Of a stretch of DNA of 64,000 bases, positions 58,209 through 64,000 are shown piece after piece. Position 1 is the stretch's first letter, and each line of letters begins with the position of its first letter. The DNA comes from Octopus vulgaris (lineage: Eukaryota), in NCBI GenBank assembly GCA_951406725.2, contig CATOCA020000018.1:1-64000 (forward strand). Direction: 5' to 3'. A program made the translations under genes and the position numbers. A model generated the notes under the pieces. It was given only the letters and a program-made list of their open reading frames with translations. It was not told the origin of the DNA and did not search any database.

Positions 58209-61200
58209 ATGCCACCCAAGAAGAGAAGGACCCTCCTCAGCCCTCGGACGGCCAAGGCATCGGCTGCTAGGGCTAGAAGGGCACGCGAGACCCACGAGGA
58301 AACCGCCTTGCGCTTCTCGCAAACAGCTTCCCGTTATGCCGCTGCTCGGGCATCTGAAACTACTAGCGACCGTTCTACCCGACTTGCAAGGGTCGCAGCG
58401 TACAGATCTTCCCTCCGCTCGAGGTTGACGAAAGAGCAACAGTCCAGCCAAAACATGCGGGCTTCTTACTGTGCTTCCATCCGCAGAGCTCGCGAGAACC
58501 CCGAACAAAGGGCCATTCGGAATGCGGCTAACGCCACTAGCACCGCCAGGACACGATCTGTCGAAACCTCACAGCAGAGGAGAACTCGCCAAGATGCTGA
58601 CGCCGCAAACAAAGCCATAGCCCAAGCTGCCGAAACACCTCAACAGAGGAGAGCTCGCCAAGCTGCTAACGCCGCAAACACAGCCAGGGCTCGATCTGCC
58701 GAAACTCCACACCAACGAAATATTCGGACATCCAGACAGGCCATTAACACTGCTTCTGCTAGGGCTTCAGAGGGTGCTGAGGCGAGAGCTGAAAGGCTTT
58801 CAAGGGATGCCACTGCTACCGCTGTCGCACGTGCATCTGAATCTGCTGAGGCACGGTGCACTCGACTTGAGAGTATCAACAAACGTCGGGATATCATTCT
58901 TGGTGTACGTACCCCTTCCCCCGCTTTCTGGTTGTCACTAACATTCAACTACGACGCCACAATTAACTTCTCCTTGCGTGACGACATCAAGATAGGGTCA
59001 ATGAGAATTGTATGCCAGTTTTGCAAAGCCAAGAAATGGCCCGGAGAGCCACCTGGTTTGTGCTGCTCTGGTGGCAAAGTGGACCTGCCACCCTACGGGA
59101 ACCACCTCAACCACTGAAGGATCTCGCGGCGGGTTTAACCCCCGAATCGTCACAATTCCTTGAAATAATTCGAAAGTACAACTGCTCATTCCAAATGACC
59201 TCTTTCGGGGCCAAAATTCCTCCCAGAGAAGGCTGGATGCCTACTTTCAAAGTGCAGGGACAGGTCTACCATCTTATTGGGTCACTTCTGCCAGACGAGA
59301 TTCAGCAGTCTTCTTTCCTCCAAATATACTTCATTGCCGACTACAACCACCAGGTTGATGCACGCCTTGGAATAATACCGGGTACAAGCTATGTTCCCCG
59401 CAAAGACATTCTTCTCCGTCTCCAAACCATGCTTCATGATATCAACAGCTACGTCTGCAGCTTCAGATATGTCTTGGACAGTGCTCCATCTCCAAACTTC
59501 ACCGTTGTCATTGGTGCTGATAAACGACCCCACGGGGAGCACGAACGCCGTTTCAACGCACCTGCGTGCAACGAAATTGCCGCAGTCATACACGGAGAGC
59601 GACACAACAGCCGTGACATAATCATCTCCTCCCGTGGTAACAACCTACACAGGATCAGCGAGACTCACAGATCTTATGACGCGCTTCAGTATCCATTGCT
59701 TTTCCCTTATGGGGAAGACGGCTACCACTTCGGAATTCCTTTACGGCAGCCCTCCAATCAAACTACTGCGGCATCAAAGACGGTTTCCTGCAGGGCGTTC
59801 TACTCATATCGGTTCATGGTCAGGGAGGGTGAGTTCAGCTTATTGCCCCGTTGTCGTCAGCTATTCAACCAGTTCGCCGTCGACATGGCCGCAAAAATGG
59901 AATCGGAAAGGCTGCTATACATTAAACTTAATCAGACCAAACTTCGCTCCGACTCCTACATTCATCTCCGTGACGGTTTGCAACAAGAAAATGACCCTCG
60001 CAACATCGGCAAGCCATGCATTCTACCCTCCACCTTCACGGGAGGACCGCGATATATGCGTGAAAGGACCCAAGACGCCTTGACCTACGTGCGCATTTAC
60101 GGCCGGCCGGACCTCTTTATCACCTACACGTGCAATCCCAGCTGCGACGAAATCACTCGCGAACTCCTCCCGGGTCAATCTCACACCCATCGACACGACA
60201 TCGTTGCTAGGGTTTTCCGTCTGAATTTGGGCAAAATTAAGGATTTGATAGTTAAGGGTCAGATTTTCGGGCATGTCAGGTGCCACGTTTTCGGTCGAGT
60301 GGCAAAAGAGGGGCTTGCCACATGCTCACGTCTTAATTTGGCTCACTCATAAAATCGAGACTAATGACATTGACAAATTCATTTCCGCCGAGATTCCTGA
60401 CCCCGATGAGGACCCCGGACTCTACGAAATTGTCCGCACTACCATGGTACACGGGCCCTGTGGACCAAATTACGCCAACACACCATGCTACAAAAACGGA
60501 TTAGCCTGCTCAACGGGATTCCCTAAACGGTTCACTTTGGAGACTCAAACAGGCGGCGATGGGTATCCGCTGTACAAACGAAGGAGTCGAGCCAATGGAG
60601 GCCGCACACGATTACGGTTGGGCGACATCAAGTGGACAACAGCTACATTGTCCCCTACTGTCCTCTCCTGTCGAAGATATTCAAAGCCCACGTCAACGTT
60701 GAGTTCTGCAGCTCCATCAGGTCAAAACAATATGTCTGCAAATATATCAACAAAGGCAGCGATGTTGCCATGTTCAGCATCCAGAGGACCACCAGTCGCG
60801 ACGAAGTGTCCAACTATTTTCAAACAAGATGATGGTCGTGAACCCCCTCCATTTGATAGATCGGTACCTCCAATGCTTCGATTGATCATCACGCGGGACG
60901 AAGTCAAACGTGTTATCCAAGGCATCGATGTCAACAAGGGTCACGGCCCTGATGGCATACACCCACGGGTTATCAAAGCGTTGGCTCCGGTCATCTGCGA
61001 GCCCTTAACACGACTATTCAATATGTCATTGGCGACGGGTGTTATACCTGCAGACTGGAGAACAGCGATAATCTGCCCAATTTTCAAGACCCGCTTAGCT
61101 ACCGACCGGTTTCCCTTACATCAATAATCAGCAAGATGTTCGAAACCATCCTTAAGAAAAGTATGATGCTCCACCTCCTAAACACAGCCTCGATCACTGA

Positions 61201-62418
61201 TTCCCAACACGGCTTCGTGCCGAAGAGATCATGCTTGACCAACTTACTAGTAATGGAAGAATTGGTGACGTGCATCCTCGATGATAGTGATGCTGTTGAC
61301 ATCGTTTTATTGGACTTTGCCAAAGCTTTTGACTCGGTAAACCACCGAGCATATAGTTTCCATCCGGATATTGTACGATGGGTTGGTGCCTTCCTCTCAG
61401 ATCACTCCTTCCAAGTTCAAGTTAATGGTTCGCGGTCCGACGTCTCCAGTGCGAGCAGTGGCGTGCCTCAAGGTTCAGTGCTTGGGCTCTTGTTGTTCTT
61501 AGTCTTCATAAATGACTTGCCCGACGACCTCACGCAACACACCCTTCTATTTGCCGACGATATCAAACTAGTCGCTCCTCGCGGTAGTATAGAGGATCTT
61601 CGTCGATGCCTCCACCAAATTTGGAAGTGGTCTAACGATTGGGACATGTGTCTGAACGTGTCAAAGTGTTGTCATCTGCCTGTCGGCTCTACTCCTGCAA
61701 CTCAACTTGATTTCGAGCCGGGTCGTCTGCTGCTGGAGAGGACCGATCAGGTAAAGGACCTGGGTATCTTGGTGGATTCCTCCTTATCGCCTTCGGCCCA
61801 GTGCGTCCATGCTGCCAACAAAGCGCGCGGAATTCTGTTTTTGATTCGACGGTCATTCGGAATGCTCACAGCAGCCATATTCCTGCCACTCTATGTCACG
61901 CTGGTGAGACCCATATTGGAGTATGGGATTCAAGCCTCTTCTCCTTATCTTCTCAAAGACATACAGCATCTCGAAAGAGTCCAGAGGCTGGCTACCCGCA
62001 TGGTTCATGGTCTCAAAAATTTGTCCTACGAAGAAAGGCTGAGGACGCTCGACCTTTATTCTCTTGAAAAACGCCGCCGCCGCCGTGGTGATCTCATTCT
62101 CGCCCACAACATCATAAGCGGAAAGTGTAACCTCTCGAAAGAGCTGTTCTTCACTCCTGCTCCGGAGCGTCGGCTGCGGGTCATTCCGAAAAGCTCTACC
62201 TGCGACGATTTCATCTCAATCGAAGGAGAGGAGCTTTCTCCGTCCGGGTTGCGGATCCGTGGAACAAGCTGCCAGACGAGATGGTGAAGATGCCGACGAC
62301 CGCTTTGTTCAGAGCCTCCCTGGACCTCAAGTGGCCTGAACTCTTTACATGAACACCACCCTGTACTTAACTCCATGTCCCCCTACATGGCCTTGCTATT
62401 TGCTTTTGAGCCAATTAT

Positions 62419-62456
<38 letters not shown>

Positions 62457-64000
62457 CTTGGCTGGCCGGTACCTCAGCAGCAACGAAGCGTTTTGGCGCA
62501 TTTACGGCAACTTGCTGGTGCAGCTTGCTGTACACTTGGAAAATGGACAGCGGATTTACTTCACAGAGCAAAGTGCTGTGCAGATAGCCACCAGCCCTAA
62601 AGACACAACGTTGACTGGTTTCTTCAAATTATGCCAACGTGATGACTTCGCTCGAACGCTTTTGTACCCACAGGTCCCATCGTACTTCGTGTGGTCTAAA
62701 AACACCTGGGTTCGACGGAAATCCGGCAAAAACGTCGAAGGCTTCCCAGGCGTCAAGTTTGACTTCTGCCTGGGTCGAGTTTACAACATCCCGCCAAACC
62801 AGCAAGAATGCTTCTACCTCCGTCTCCTTCTACATGAGGTCAATGGTCCAACAGGTTTCGCCAATATACGTACCATCAATGGGGTTCTGTGCGACACCTT
62901 CAGGGAAGCATGTATGAGACTTGACCTTCTAGAGGATGACTCCCAGTGGGACGCCACGATGGCAGAGGGCGCTTTACTGCAAACGCATTCGGCCCTACGA
63001 CATCTTTTCGCAATCCTTCTTCAAAAATGTCAGCTTAGTGATCCACTAAGTCTCTGGATGAAATACAGGGATGACATGTCGCACGACTTCTTACGTACGG
63101 CTCAGCAACACTGCCCTTCTGCCGAGATCACGTTCACCAACTTCATTTACAATTTTGCGCTCATTCAACTCGAAGACGCTGTCATCGATATGGGTGGGTC
63201 TGCTTTAACAGAGTACGGCCTTCCACCACCCACACGTGAACACGCCAATGTTATGTCTGCTGAATTGTTACGCGAAACTTCCTACTGCATTGAGGAACTG
63301 CACCAGTACGTCCAAGATAATGAACCACGGCTGCTTCCAGACCAGCGCATAGCCTACAACACCATCGTAGACTCTGTCAGACAGCAACGTGGAGGGATTT
63401 TCTTCCTTGATGCACCCGGCGGCACTGGCAAAACCTTCGTCACTAAACTAATTCTGGCAGAGGTCAGACGCAACACGGACATTGCCCTGGCTGTAGCTTC
63501 CTCTGGTATCGCGGCCACGTTGCTTCCGGGTGGCAGAACCGCCCACTCTGCCTTCGACGAGTGCACTATGGCACACAAAGGCGCCCTTGAGGCACTGGAC
63601 AGGTCCCTGCAAGACATCAGAGACTCTACGGCCCCCATGGGAGGATTAACTTTACTTCTTTCAGGAGACTTCAGGCAGACTCTAACTGTTATTCCAAAAG
63701 GAACCCGTGCCGATGCCGTGTGCGCGTGCCTTAAGTCGTCAGCTCTTTGGGCACATGTGCGGCCCTTGCACCTCCAAACTAACATGCGCGCGCAGTTAAT
63801 TGGTGACAGCGGATCCGCTGCATTCTCCAGGGACCTCTTATCGCTCGGTGAAAATAGGATGCTGTCTGATGCGGATGGCTACGTTCAATTGGACTCACTT
63901 TGCACCATTGTCGACACCCCTGTTAGCCTCCGGGACGCTGTCTTCCACGACCTACAAAACAATTTACGCGACCTAAAATGGCTGGCAGGCAGAGCTATTC
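58209..64000 (+). pseudogene. Helitron RepHel transposase pseudogene (several frameshifts, LINE insertion, internal deletions)
   Basis: MPPKKRR start; ET.QQRR.RQ repeats; CQFCKAKKWPGEPPGLCC; ILPSTFTGGPRYM; YGRPDLFITYTCNP; HUH motif VEWQKRGLPHAH; YVCKYINKG; after the LINE, GRYLSSNEAFWRI; helicase FLDAPGGTGKTF, SSGIAATLLPGGRTAHS, DECTM, GDFRQ. Confidence 0.93.
60817..62451 (+). mobile_element. 5'-truncated CR1-group LINE (RT only) with (TAAC)n tail, nested in the Helitron
   Basis: GPDGIHPRV, QHGF, LDFAKAFDSV, GVPQGSVLG, FADD, LERVQRLATRMV (ORF 61136-62287); tail 62419-62456; the Helitron frame DEVSNY|LAGRY is restored on excision. Confidence 0.93.

Larger units (their letters stand above)
57103..64000 (+). 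mobile_element. Autonomous-type Helitron, defective; 3' end beyond the window
   Basis: 5' region tatatataaacggcagtttg.. matches the non-autonomous copy at 12832-13201 (terminal TC lost in the TA tract); encodes Rep and PIF1-like helicase motifs. Confidence 0.93.

Noticed and set aside
62419-62456. (TAAC)n as telomeric repeat
   Set aside because: Not TTAGGG-type; it sits at the 3' end of a LINE and is its tail.

Overview
AT-rich, repeat-saturated eukaryotic DNA; the SINE families and TA/CA microsatellite load suggest an octopus-type cephalopod (inference from recognition, no search run). Almost all ORFs in the track are microsatellite noise. The only host coding signal I can support is one 86-nt ankyrin-like exon (2522-2607, minus). 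The rest consists of: (i) a 4-copy 2.1-2.8 kb tandem array (3.8-13.8 kb); (ii) short non-autonomous Helitrons and long hairpins; (iii) a sharply bounded 6.4 kb CpG-rich island (17171-23598) made of related sub-repeat arrays, including about 30 near-identical ~116-bp units with a GCGA-loop hairpin, an A-tract and higher-order structure, which is the most unusual and unexplained object here; (iv) a 4-copy 5.3-6.0 kb macrosatellite built largely of SINE pieces (24-46.5 kb, partial fifth copy at 54-57 kb); (v) a decayed CR1-group LINE (minus, 49.3-52.9 kb) whose 3' end is shared with the dominant SINE and which is framed by an inverted duplication; (vi) a frameshifted autonomous-type Helitron (57.1 kb to window end) interrupted by a second CR1-group LINE. 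Coordinates were counted by eye and repeat boundaries are approximate.
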